DNA from: Blastocladiella emersonii ATCC 22665
Lineage: Eukaryota; Fungi; Blastocladiomycota
DNA: 64,000 nt
NCBI GenBank assembly: GCA_025594325.1
Contig: JANHCV010000010.1
Coordinates: 1,054,001 to 1,118,000 of the forward strand
Reading direction: 5' to 3'
Below the pieces are notes generated by a model, which ran no database searches, was not told the origin of the DNA, and saw only the letters and a list, made by a program, of their open reading frames with translations. Below are positions 11,601 to 22,903 of this stretch, in pieces. A program made the position numbers and the translations under genes. How positions within the stretch are numbered: the stretch's first letter is position 1; every line of letters starts with the position of its first letter.

Positions 11601-13701
11601 CGGGCAAGTTCGAGCTGCTCGACCGCATCCTGCCCAAGCTGTTCAAGACGGGCCACCGCGTCCTCATGTTCTTCCAGATGACCCAGGTCATGGAGATCAT
11701 GTCCGACTACCTCAACTTCCGCGGCTGGCAGCACCTCCGCCTCGACGGATCCACCAAGGCCGACGACCGCCAGGACCAGCTCAAGGCCTTCAACGCCCCC
11801 GACTCGCCCTACCTCATGTTCCTCCTCTCGACGCGCGCCGGCGGGCTCGGGCTCAACCTCCAGACCGCCGATACCGTCATCATCTTCGACTCGGACTGGA
11901 ACCCGCACCAGGATCTGCAGGTACGTCCGTGGGCGTGTGGGATGTGGGGGTGGCGGTCGCTGACTTACCGCTCTCGCTCATGTAGGCGCAAGATCGCGCG
12001 CACCGCATCGGGCAGACCAAGGAGGTGCGCATTTTCCGCCTCATCACCGAGAACTCGATCGAGGAGCGCATCCTCGCGCGCGCGCAGTTCAAGCTCGACA
12101 TGGACGGCAAGGTGATCCAGGCCGGCAAGTTCGACAACAAGTCGACGCCCGAGGAGCGCGAGCAGTTCCTGCGGTCGCTCATCGAGCAGGACAACGACGC
12201 CAAGGACACGACGACGGGCGGCGGCGACGCGGCCGACCCCGACGACCCCGACGAGCTCGGCAACGACGAGCTCAACGAGGTGCTCGCCCGCGGCGACCAC
12301 GAGCTCGCCATCTTCCGCCAAATGGACGCGGAGCTCGCCCGCCACGAGGAGCAGCTCGCCCGCGACCTCGGCCTCGACCGCCCGCCCGAGCGCCTCATGT
12401 CCGACGCCGAGCTCCCCGCCGTCATCCGACGCGATATCGGCGCCCTCCTCAAGGCCCAGGCCGACGCCGACAAGATCACCGAGGGATCGCGCCGCGCTAC
12501 CCGCCGCGGCGGCATCGTCTACGACGACGGGCTCACCGAGGACCAGTACATTGCCGCTATCGAGGCCGAGGCCGATGGGCTCGACGCCGCGTCCGCCGTC
12601 TCGGCGGCCGCCCCCGCCGCCTCCACGCGCCGCGGAGCGCGTAAGGCCGCCGCCAAGGTCCGCGGTAACAGCGACTACGAGGACAATGACCTCGACGGCG
12701 GTGCCGCTTCCGCCGCTGCCGCGGCTGCCCCTCCCGCGCCCGTCGCCGAGGAGGCCCCCGTCAAGCGCAAGCGCGGGCGGCCCAAGAAGGCCGCGGCCGC
12801 CGACTCGGACCTCGACGCGGTCGCGCCGCCGGCGCCCAAGCGGTCCAAGAAGTCGGCCAGCGCCGCGTCGACGCCCGCGCCGTCCTTCTTCGTGCCGCCG
12901 CCGCCGCCCACGGTCCCGCTCGACCAGATGCCCGACTCGGTGCGCGCCGCGTACGGCGTCATGACGCGCGTGCTCGAGGCCATTGACACCGCCGTCGACC
13001 CCGACGACGACAACCGCCTGCGCGCCGATCTGTTCCAGGAGCTCCCCGACCGCACCGTGTACCCGACGTACTACATTGAGATCCGCCGGCCCATCTCGCT
13101 CGAGGAGATTGGCGCCGCGGTCGACGGGTTCCTCTACTCGCGGTCCAGCGCCACCGACGCACTCAACGGGTTCGCCGCCGATATCCGGCTCATGTTCAGC
13201 AACGCGCGCCAGTTCAACCAGGAGGGGTCGTTCGTCTACATCGACGCCGAGGTCCTCGAGGCGCTCGCGCTCGCTAAGATCGCGGAGCTGCGGCACACGA
13301 TCAACCAGGCGCCCGCGCCCGCGCCGGCGGCTCCCGTGGCAGCGGCTCCGGCGCCTGCACCCGCACCCGCACCCGTCGCGCCGAACGCGGGGTACCCGCA
13401 GCAGCAGCAGTACGCGGCCGCCGCGGCCGCCGCGGCCCCGCCCCCGGCCGCGCAGCAGCCGCACCCGCAGTACCACCACGCGCAGCACCCGCAGTACCAG
13501 CAGCCACCGCCGTCGCGGCACCCGCAGCACGCGCACCCGCACCCGCAGCAGCAGTACGCGCCGCCGCCACACCCACAGCAGCAGCAGCAGCACCCGCAGT
13601 ACGACCCGGCCGCGTACGCGGCGTACCAGCAGCAGCAACAGCAGTACCAGCAGCGCCAGCAGCACCAGGGCCAGGGCGGGTATGGCGGGCCAGGGTACTG
13701 A
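8692..13701 (+). CDS. SNF2: SWI/SNF (Snf2/Sth1/BRG1-type) chromatin-remodelling ATPase with QLQ, HSA, SNF2 helicase, AT-hook and bromodomain
   Basis: [10 protein letters not shown] (QLQ-like), [38 protein letters not shown], bromodomain [10 protein letters not shown]. Introns 8941..9010 and 11921..11985. Confidence 0.96.
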
Positions 13702-14223
13702 GGCCGCGGAGAAGACGGAGCGGAGCGAGAGTTGTGATGTGAAGGGAGGAGAGGAGGTTGAGGAGTATAGTTTTATTTGCGTATCCCCGTTGCTGGCCTC
13801 GCCCGCCCCTCTTTCAGTGCGTTCCGCGATGTGGCTCTCGTTCGATGGACCGAGCTGCCTCAAAACGACGCGACACGGCCATGACCATGGTGGTCCGGGG
13901 CGGCGGCGCGGTCGCTCGCAGGCAGGGCGGCAGTTCGAGCCGCTGCTTCCAGCCGTCGTTGAGCCGCAGGATGCTCGCGTCTTCGCGGTCCTCCTATCGT
14001 CACCGCATGGCGCAGACGCGTATGATGTCAAGCGAACGAGTGAATCGCTCCCCATCGCGGCCAGCGAAGCTCAGACTGATGCGGAGCGCGACGCGATCAG
14101 CTGACGGGTCACGCCATTTCCCGACGCGTCTCTCGGCGCCTTCGGAACGCGAGCTGACATCTCTTGGCCATCAATGGAGTCGGCAAAGTAAGACGTGGTA
14201 TATTGATGCGCTGCACGGCGGCG

Positions 14224-15621
14224 CTACGCGTCGTCGCTCAAAACGTAAAAGAACAAGGCGGGGGCCTCGTCGTCAAGCTTCTCGACCCCGCGGCTACGGA
14301 ACTTGAGGCGGCGGACCCGTTTGCGGTTCTTTTTCATACGTCTCTTAGCGTTGTTAAATGTTGTGCCGAGCCAATCGCACACGTTCGCCCAAGCGGAGGG
14401 GCTCCCGACGTGGTCTTCGGTCAGGTATTTGAAATACCATGCCTGCGCGGTTTTGTTGAACCATGTGCTTTTAACTGCTGCCTCCCAAAACCTGGGCTCA
14501 GCTGCGGCGCGGTCAGCGCGAGACTCCACTTCGGAATCCGAGTCGGACAGATAGTTCTTCTTTGAGTTGAAGTACCAGTCGCGGTTCGACATGTTTTTCA
14601 GGAACCAGGCGAGCACGTCAGGATCGTTGAGTTCGAACGCTTGCTTGAGGGCGCGGATCCAGAAGTCGCGCTTCACCTCGTTGCGGTCGATGGCATCGTA
14701 TTCGGGACGAACCCACTTGTCATAGTAGCGCAAGTCGGAAGGCCGGACGCAGTCACCCCAGGGAGGAAGCAAGTCCGACTTTCCGCAGAAATGGAGACAG
14801 TGGACTTCCCACAGGACAAAATCCAAAACGTCAATGTGCTTGCGCTCGATGGCGTGCTCGACGAGGTCGTCCCAGCGGACACGCGGCTTGTAGTCCATGA
14901 ATTCGTCACCCTCGAACATGCGGCCGACATTAAGATTTCCCGCTCGGAGCGCCATCTCCGGGATATCGAGCTTGATGTGGTCTTAGGCTTCTTCGAATGA
15001 CAAAAGCCAGTCAACTGCGCTGGTGTCGTCGCGTTCGACGGCGATCTCGAGCGCCTTGTCTGAAAGAACGGGCTCGATTCGAGAATAGGCCCACCACTCC
15101 AGGACGTCCTTGTGGCCGGCGAAGATTGCGCCCTCAATGGCGCGTTCCGCGTGGTTGTCGCAGTTGATGTGACCGTTGTCCTTGAGCCAATCGAGTGCGT
15201 GAATGTACCCGCGCGCGGAAGCAACGTCGACAAGGTGCGGTACCTCGTTGAAGAACTTTCGCACGTCGTCGGCCTGCTCGATCAAGTCGTTCATAAGGTC
15301 CATTCGCTTCGTAGCGCAGATCAAGCAAAAGTAAAACTCGATTTCGATGGGCTCGAACGGGTAGGGGTCGCGATGCTCGAGTACCAACTTGCAGAGATCC
15401 AAGTGGGACGGTTCCAGAACACGCCAGACCCGATCGTGAGTCGAGTGGCCGAAGACAGCACGGCGCAGACGATCAAGGCGCGGAGCGACCCGCAGGAGCG
15501 GAAGCGGATCCGTGTCGCGCGGGTCGAGAAGCACGACTTCGATGAGAACCTCCTCGATGATCTCATAAGGCAAGAATGGATTGAGCCGTTGCGGCAAGTC
15601 ATTACATGTTTTCTTCTTCAT
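14224..15621 (-). pseudogene. F-box-like/ankyrin-like repeat protein, paralog A, with a single in-frame TAA at 14983-14985
   Basis: LPYEIIEEVL (F-box-like), VDVASARGYIHALDWL and AIFAGHKDVLEWW (ankyrin-like). ORFs 14983..15666 and 14224..14955 are in the same frame, separated only by the stop (EEA*DHIKLDIPEMALRAG). Confidence 0.75.
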
Positions 15622-15695
15622 GGTCGGAGATACATGGACTGGCGAAGAGAGCGAGGGCTGCCTCACTGGGCGGGTGTTTCATGTCCTCAAGTCAG

Positions 15696-15720
15696 TCACA
15701 TGATATTTCGTCGCGTCTCA
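15696..15720 (-). promoter_or_regulatory. Conserved bipartite motif upstream of paralog A
   Basis: Plus-strand TCACATGATAT-N5-CGCGTCTCA, 75 nt upstream of the ATG. Also found upstream of paralogs B and C. Confidence 0.65.
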
Positions 15721-17924
15721 ATTGCCAGTACCTCCACCACTCACTCCGTTCGGGTGTCATCTGTGCGGGGCTTTGCCCAACTGCCCTCTCGCAGCGATCA
15801 CTGAGCGCAACGGACGCGTTGTGGACGCGTGATTCAAGTAACTGCATGATTTATGAAGTGGAACACACGGAATCGCTTCAGGTGTAGTAGCGCTGACTGA
15901 GACCGTGCTTCGGATCCGCGTTACATGGAGGGACACGAGAGAAAGGGTCGCGACGCGTCAGTACCGCGCGTTGGAGCTGTCCCGACATGCCTACTTCTCT
16001 CGCTTTTACTCGCCCTCCTGCTGTTGAGCTGGATTAAGTCGACTACGGACGGGACGGAGCAAACTGAAGGTTGCCAACCGGGTCGCAATTACTTCCTTCA
16101 CTTAGCGCACGCTTCCAGCGACTCAACTTCCCCGTGGTCTCCCGCAACGCGACGAGCTTTCATCTAAGGAACCAGCCAACAATGTGACCGTGTGCATCGC
16201 ATTCCACAATCTAGTTTTAGACCTCGAGCAAGCTTGGTTTCTCAGAAACGGACCAAGAGCGCTCAGATGAAGCGGGCCTACTGTGGAACGGTTGCGCAAG
16301 GTCGACGCGCGATAGGGCGGACCACGGTATGACGTTCGTTGAGACGTGGGACGCGTCAGCGCTAATCAACATCGTGTGCATCATGATGCACGAATGGGCG
16401 GAGCGCTTTGTCTCGTTCGTCCCCACCTGGCAAAACCTGCTCATGCAGCAATACTCACTTCACGCGAAACCTCGAGAACGGGAGGACTGTCAAGCTCGTG
16501 CTGACGCACGCCTGTCGGTGAGAAGCTGGCATCAGCGGCCGCGACGGCCTGCTCAGCCGACTTTCGCTCGCCTTCAGCTGCGCGGTGGTCGACGTGCACA
16601 AATTGCATGGGAAGCATATCAACGATGTCGAACGTCATGATGATTCGCAGCGCGCATCAAATAGAGCTCGCCGACAAGGTGTTCTAGCGAGCCAATAGCG
16701 CGTTCCGCCACCGGCCAGGTTGCAGCGATCATGAACAAAAGCGGTGAGCAGCACAGCCGATGGAGCCGCGCATGCTTGCGCTGGTACGAAGTCAGCTGCG
16801 CGCTCTGCTCAGAACATAGCTCGCACCTCATACCGCCGAGAAGGAGATATCGAGTAGCTACTCGTCGCGAGGGTTCACGCGGCTTCGTCGCTCCGCGTCG
16901 CTCAGCGCAAAGTCCCGCGGCAAGTAACCAGGACGCGACGCGACGCGACGCGACGCTAGGCCTGGCGGGCATAACGGCAGTGTAGTAATAGCGGCGACGG
17001 CGGCGGCGCAGGAAGAGAGAGTCCATCAACAGCAGGGGAAGGATAGGGACACAATGAGCAAGAATTTCGAGCTTGGGTCACCTCAGCAGACAAAGCACTG
17101 CAAGCTCAGGCAACGTGAAGGCATCCAGCGGCATGCTTCTCCGCTCACGAGCTCGCTTAAGCAGCACTCGTGCACCTTGAAGAGGAAAGTGCGAAAGCGA
17201 TGCCAACGGAACACTCAAGCCAACGGTCGAACGAAGCACAGCACAGCACTTCGTTGCGCGGGCTCCACCCAAAACGCTGCAGGAGAGACGGGACCAGCCT
17301 GCCGTCAAGTTCATGATTTATGACATCCATTGCATAGAGTAATTCAGCTTCATTAAATAAGGGGAGTAAATGGGAGGGGAGCAGCGCGGAAGCGGGAGCC
17401 GAAGCGAAGTGGCGCAACGCGACACGGGGAGTGATGTCATTGAGAAAAGTGTGACGGGCACGTGACGAAACGAGAGCAGAAAGTCGCAGCGCCTATGGCT
17501 TGGGCAAAGCCCCGCACTTCGACCCAGCGCGGGTCACGACCGGTAGCTTAGTGCTAGACGTGTAAATGTCGACGGAAACCCAGCGTGACGCGCGACAGGA
17601 CGAATGAGCCCGCGCCTGCAGGAGGGAGAACGAGCGCGTGGGCGAGAATATCTTCCATTAGCTCATCGAGTGCGAGAATTCCATGTTTTGTTGCATGTAA
17701 TGGACTCTAGTAAACTCATGATCCGTTGCGGGAGCGGGAAACCGAGCGGAAGGCAGCGCCCGCAGGCCCAAGAGACTCGGCGCTGGGCACGACCAACTGG
17801 TTGGCATGCCTTTTACCTGCGCGTCTCGCAACCCGGTTGGGACGAAACTGACCTTCCCGGGCCTCATGTTTTGCACCATCCGAGAACACTTACAAGCTTG
17901 TATGTATGATACTCGATTGCGATC

Positions 17925-19331
17925 CTACGCGTCATCGCTCAATTCGTAGGAGAACATGTCAGGGGCTATCTTCTCAAGTTCCTCAACCTCTTGGCCACGG
18001 AACCAGAAACGACGAACTCGACAACGCCACCAGCTCAGGATCTTTTCGCCGGCTTGGTAAAGCAAGGCCAGCTCAATAGCCTTAAAGCGTTGGGGGAGGT
18101 TGGGGCTGCTTTCTTGCCACCAGTTCAAGCGCTTGATCATCGCGTCTTCATACCCGTCCTTGTTCGGATTCGGATCGGCCCATTGGGATGGGACGGCATA
18201 ATGCTCGTCGGACAAGTTGTAATAGAACCACGAGAGCGCTTACGATGTTGTTTGAATCGCTGGCGCGACGAATCGCCTGCTCCCAAAATGGGACCGTGCA
18301 GCCAAAGTCCACTGCAGAAAAGGTTTGATAAAACCAAGACATGACGGTTCCATCGCAGGCAAGATAAGCGTGCTCAAGTGCGCTCAACCAGAAATCGGTA
18401 TCGCAAGCCTTGAGGTCGAGTTTTTGGACTTCGGGGTGCGTGTACCGGTAGTAATAGTCCAGGTCGCGGGGATGGGCATCGTGTCCCGGATGGGCGTAGC
18501 TTGAAAGGCCGCAAAGCGCCAGCGTGTCAACTTCAAGCCTAATCCAGTCGAGGAACTTGATATGCTTGTGGTCAATAACGCTCTTGACGACTTCACTCCA
18601 GGATGTGGTTGTCATCCAGTCGTTGTAGAAATATGTGTCACACTCCATGATCACATTGTAGCTTCCCACCTTGAGCGCGCGCTCGTGGTCGAAGGCGACA
18701 TAAATGTCTCCGGGCAAGCGGTGCTTGTTGTCGACGATCCAGATCAGCAGACATGAACTGTCGATAATGATCGGAATGTCCAGCAGATGGTCGCTCGCAC
18801 GGATTTCGAGCTCCGATTCGGCCCACCAGTCGAGGACATTGAAATGACGGGCACTCGCAGCTCCTGCAACGGCGCGCTCTGTGTACCCGTTCATGAGATC
18901 GTGTTCTAGCAGCCAGTTGAGCACCTGGACGTGACCGTGGGCAGACGCGATGTCGGCAGGATGCGGGCCGTGGTAGTCGTCCCGCTCGTTATCAACCTGC
19001 TGCATGAACTCTTTCAACAGGTCGAAGCGGCCGGCAAGAAACACCAGTCGAAGATAAAACTCGATTTCGCCTGGGTCCGAGGTGGGCTGGCGGTGCTCGA
19101 GCAGCAGGTTTCGGAGTGCGGCGCGAGGAGGTTCCAGGGCAGCCCGGATGCGCGGATGGGTCGAGTGGCGGAAACAGCTCGGCGCAGGCGACTAAGGCCA
19201 GGAGCAACCCGCAAGAGCAGAAGCGGATCCGTGTCGCCAAGGACGAGCTGGACCAGAACACTCTCGATCAGCTCATAAGGCAAGATTGAATTAGGCCGTT
19301 GCGGCAAGTCATTGCATGTTTTTTGCTTCAT
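17925..19331 (-). pseudogene. F-box-like/ankyrin-like repeat protein, paralog B, with two frameshifts
   Basis: MKQKTCNDLPQRPNSILPYELIESVL, DIASAHGHVQVLNWL. C-terminus RVRRFWFRGQEVEELEKIAPDMFSYELSDDA* aligns to A (RVRRLKFRSRGVEKLDDEAPALFFYVLSDDA*). 1-nt loss near 19172 and 1-nt gain near 18240. Confidence 0.75.
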
Positions 19332-19419
19332 GGTTGGAGATACATGTGTTGGCGAGGAGAGCGAGCGGTGTTCGTCCGAAGCTGCGCTGATATTCCAGCC
19401 CCAAAATCCGATCATCAGG

Positions 19420-19444
19420 TCACATGATATCTCGACGCGTCTCA
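19420..19444 (-). promoter_or_regulatory. Conserved bipartite motif upstream of paralog B
   Basis: TCACATGATAT-ctcga-CGCGTCTCA, 89 nt upstream of the ATG. Confidence 0.65.
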
Positions 19445-19559
19445 CACATGGCTCAAGCGGGGCCCGCGAAGGCATTAAACTGCAATCGTTTGGTGTATCG
19501 CGTAACCTCAATTGGCGACTATCAGCTTGCTTCAGAACACGGCAGCCACTTGACACGAG

Positions 19560-20811
19560 CTAAACGGCCTCCTCCAAGCTTTCCGCGTACCACGCCATGG
19601 CTCTCGTATTTTTCGTGAAGCTTGCACGCTTGACCGCGGCCTCCCAGAAAGTTAGCTCAGCCGCAGCGAGCTTGGCACGGGCGAGCGCCCTCGACTTGGA
19701 CACGGGTCCGGAGGAATCCGAGTCGCTTTCCAAGTCAGAGTCCGAATCCGAGTCGCCATCGGACGCATAGTTTGATACAGAATTGAAGTAATCATCCGAC
19801 GCGAACATGGTGCTCAGGAACCAGGAAAGCACCTCAGCGTCGTTGAAGGTGATGGCCTCCTCCAGCGCGCAGATCCAAAAGTCACGCTTCGTAGCGTTTT
19901 GATTGAAAAAGTGCTCCCAAGGACTTAACCAAGTGTCCCGCCAGCGCTCGCGTCGAGGGCGGCGGTCAATGCCGTCAGGCAGCAGCAGACCAGACCGCTT
20001 GACGAGGAATGTAGCATCAATCTTTTGGAGAACCCAGTCAAGAACGTGAAGATGTTTGCGTCGGATCGCCCCCGCGACCAGTTCGTCCCACCGAACGTTG
20101 GTTTCGTATTCGCTGTTTTCGTCTTCCTCAAAGTTACTCGCAATTCCGAGGCTCCCCGCTTCGAGGGCACGCTCGACGATATTGAATTCGCGCTCATGCG
20201 AGGAGCAGTCGTGTTCGAGAACCCAGAACAGCGCGTCGCTGTTGTCGCATTCAATGGCAAGTTCCAACGCGCGAGAAGAGAGTTTCAGCTCGAGTCGCAA
20301 TTTGGACCACCACAGGAGCGTGTCAAATTGGCCGCCGCTGATAGCCTCGTCAATCGCAAGTTTCTTGTCGGTATCTCGCTTGACGTAGCTGCATTTATGA
20401 AGCCCGTCGAGTGCGCAAACCGAGTCCGTGGGCGGAAACGGCGTCCTCGGGATGAGAGTTGCCCGCAAGTGCTCTGACGGATACATCGAGGATGTCGTTG
20501 CGACGCGCGACGCAGGCCAGGCAGATGAAAAGCTCGGCCCCCGCGGGGTCGGACGTTGGACGACAATGGCCAAGCAGCAGCGCACGGAAGGCCGCGCACT
20601 CCGGCTTCAGAGCTCGCCACATCTGAGCGTGGAGCGAATGACGCAGCACGGTGCTCCGAAGTCGGGTGAGTCCGGGAAGGACTCGCAGGAGCGGAAACGG
20701 GTCCGCCCACACATCTTGCCAGACGGCTTGGACGAGAACCAAGTCGACGAGTTCATCAGACAAGCTCGGCTGACGCCAATGCGACAAGTTATTACATGTT
20801 CCGTTATTCAT
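19560..20811 (-). pseudogene. F-box-like/ankyrin-like repeat protein, paralog C, frameshifted and C-terminally short
   Basis: MNNGTCNNLSHW..LSDELVDLVL..DPFPLLRV. Frameshift near 20425 into the frame with AISGGQFDTLLWWS, VRWDELV and KRDFWICALEEA. The stop at 19560 falls before the LSDDA tail seen in A and B. Confidence 0.72.
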
Positions 20812-20891
20812 GGTTGGTGTGTGGGTACCGAGCGGGAGCTGAAACGTTTCTGCTCGGTTTTGATCAAAGTGTCTCACAGCCTGCGCACTGA

Positions 20892-20916
20892 TCACATGAT
20901 ATCCCAACGCGTCTCA
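20892..20916 (-). promoter_or_regulatory. Conserved bipartite motif upstream of paralog C
   Basis: TCACATGATAT-cccaa-CGCGTCTCA, 81 nt upstream of the ATG. Confidence 0.65.
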
Positions 20917-21010
20917 ACGGGCTCCGTCAATGCCCCTAGAAAAAGAGTCTCCCAGCTTACCGCGGGAGACGCGACGAACCCATTTTTCTTGCTTCTCTTC
21001 CGTCCCGCTT

Positions 21011-22903
21011 CTATGACATAGCTATATTTCCGCCACCATTCTCTGGTGGCATCGCAACCGGCGCCAACGAGACCGCCAGCGCGGTCACATCCCCGCCGCC
21101 CTCCTCAATCCTTCTCGCCTTGACTTGTTTGGCGTGGCGCGCCGCGTGATACTGGAGGACGCTCTCAAACGAGCTCTCGACGAGAAGTCCAAGACTGGCA
21201 AGCAAGCTGAGAACCGACGGGAGACGGAGCCACGGCGGCGATTCGAAGGTCGCGACGACGATGAAGGTGGTCCAGAGCATGATTAGGGCCAGCGTAAGCC
21301 ACCGAAAGCTGGCCGTGAGCGGGACCTCGAGCGCGCCTCGCCGCGCGTTGCGGTCGGCCTTCTTGCGCGTGGCGAGGACCGGGAGCGACGTGAGCAGGAG
21401 CTGCGACTTGCCCATGACCTTGGCCGCCAGCTTGGTCGGGCCGGCGCTGCTACTGGCGGCGACAGCTTGACTGTCACTCGTCGAAGCCGACGCGGATGGC
21501 GAGGTCACGACATTGCTTTCCCGCACCGTGTCGCCACCGCTCGGCGAGCTCCTGGTACTGTCCGACCCGGCAGTAGAGAGCTCGTGGCCACTCGACTGGC
21601 GGCGGTCGACGATGATTGAGCTCTGTCGGAACGCGACGTGCAGAGTCCAGAGCGCGCCCGACAGGATCATGAGCGGGAAGAGTCCGAGAAGCACGAATCC
21701 CCACTTCGGGTAGATGGAGCCGACGAGCCAGACGCGCGGCTCCGTCGCCGCGCCGTGGTTCGCGAGCTCGACGATATGCGTCGCGATCACAATCTCCTGG
21801 ACGAGCAGCATCCCAACGCTGAGCGTATCGACGGCCGTGAGAAGCCGCTTGCGCGAGTCAGGGCTTGCGACGAGCAGGACCGCGTGACGGCGGAAAGTGG
21901 CCATGCACTTGATCGGCGCGTAGGGCGCAAAGGTGAGCAGGAAGACGACGCGATAGACGAGGTAGTTGGCGGTGCCCGCGGTCAGGGTCACGGTGAGCAT
22001 GACCATGTTGTTGACCGCATCGATGGCCATCATGACGGCGAGCGCGAAGAGAAGCCGGGTCCGGATGCTCCGTGACGACTGCCCTGCAGCGGCGCCGTGA
22101 CATGAGCGCGACCACGGTAGTCGCGCGGCCACCTCGGGGAACAGCCGCGGAAGCACGGTGTCGATGGTCGCGAGGTTGACGAGAAGGGACACGGCGTAGA
22201 CGGCAATAGAGACCTTGCGTAAAGTCGGGGCCCGACTTTCGGGTGGTCCCGGAAGGCCTCCCGTCACGTGAGTGAGGCAGCGCCACGCGCCACTTCGGGC
22301 ATCCAGCCAGCTCTTGTCGCGGCCGAGCACCGGCCGCTCCCCACCCCCGCTCTCAGAAAACCCTGTGCGCGAGCACTCGCGGCATTGGATGGGTCTTGAG
22401 GTGCACCTCATGAGAGAACACAGCGATGAGAGCAGCCCGCGCGACGTTGCGGGAAGCCAGCCCTCATATACGGCGGAGGCCCTCTCGACGCGACGCGCGG
22501 TGTTGCTCGTCTCCATAAGCTTTCATGCGCTCTCGAAGTCACGATGGACACGGTGTCCAACGCGTTCTGTGCGGTGGCGCAGGCTGCGGTGCGACGACGC
22601 ACTGCAGCTTTGGCCCACGAGGCCTCACTCAGCATCGGAACTTCTCGGAACCCTCCCCTCTCAACAGCTCCCTGTTCTGGCACCCCGAGACTCGGCGAGG
22701 ACCGACCCCGAGAAAAGTCGGGTCCCCCGAGAAAAGTCGGGGCCGGTGCTCGCGCGGGCCTGTGCATTACGCCACACCGCGTGGCTGAATGCATGGGGCC
22801 AGGACGAAAGTCGGGCCCGACTTTTCGCAAGGTCTCTAATCGAGTTGCGCAACTCGGGCACGTGTATGCCGGCCCATGCGCGCGAATCTGGTTCAGCGTC
22901 CAT
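21011..22903 (-). pseudogene. Orphan 7TM (GPCR-like) protein, paralog 1, interrupted by a MITE in codon 22
   Basis: Removing 22208..22837 plus one AAT joins MDAEPDSRAWAGIHVPELRNS-I to AVYAVSLLVNLATIDTVLPRLFP in frame (419 aa). This aligns without gaps to RNSIAIFSLSLVVALTGIAIILPRTFP of the paralog at 24415..25758. Confidence 0.8.
22208..22837. mobile_element. 630-bp non-autonomous DNA transposon (MITE) with 33-34-bp TIRs and a 3-bp AAT target-site duplication
   Basis: Left TIR AGAGACCTTGCGTAAAGTCGGGGCCCGACTTTCG (22208-22241). Right TIR CGAAAGTCGGGCCCGACTTTTCGCAAGGTCTCT (22805-22837). AAT at 22205-22207 and 22838-22840. Internal CCCCGAGAAAAGTCGGG x2 (22706-22722, 22725-22741). No transposase ORF recognised. 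Confidence 0.9.

Noticed and set aside
8924-14055. Long minus-strand ORFs 8924..10570, 10799..11908 and 11965..14055
   Set aside because: Antisense shadows of the GC3-biased SNF2 gene (V/L/G/R-rich, no motifs).
21011-22516. 501-aa ORF as the complete 7TM gene
   Set aside because: Its first ~103 codons are MITE sequence. The true start is at 22903.
22207-22838. Tc1/mariner-type TA target-site duplication for the MITE
   Set aside because: A TA reading leaves an extra Ile (RNSIIAV). The AAT reading restores gap-free alignment to the paralog.
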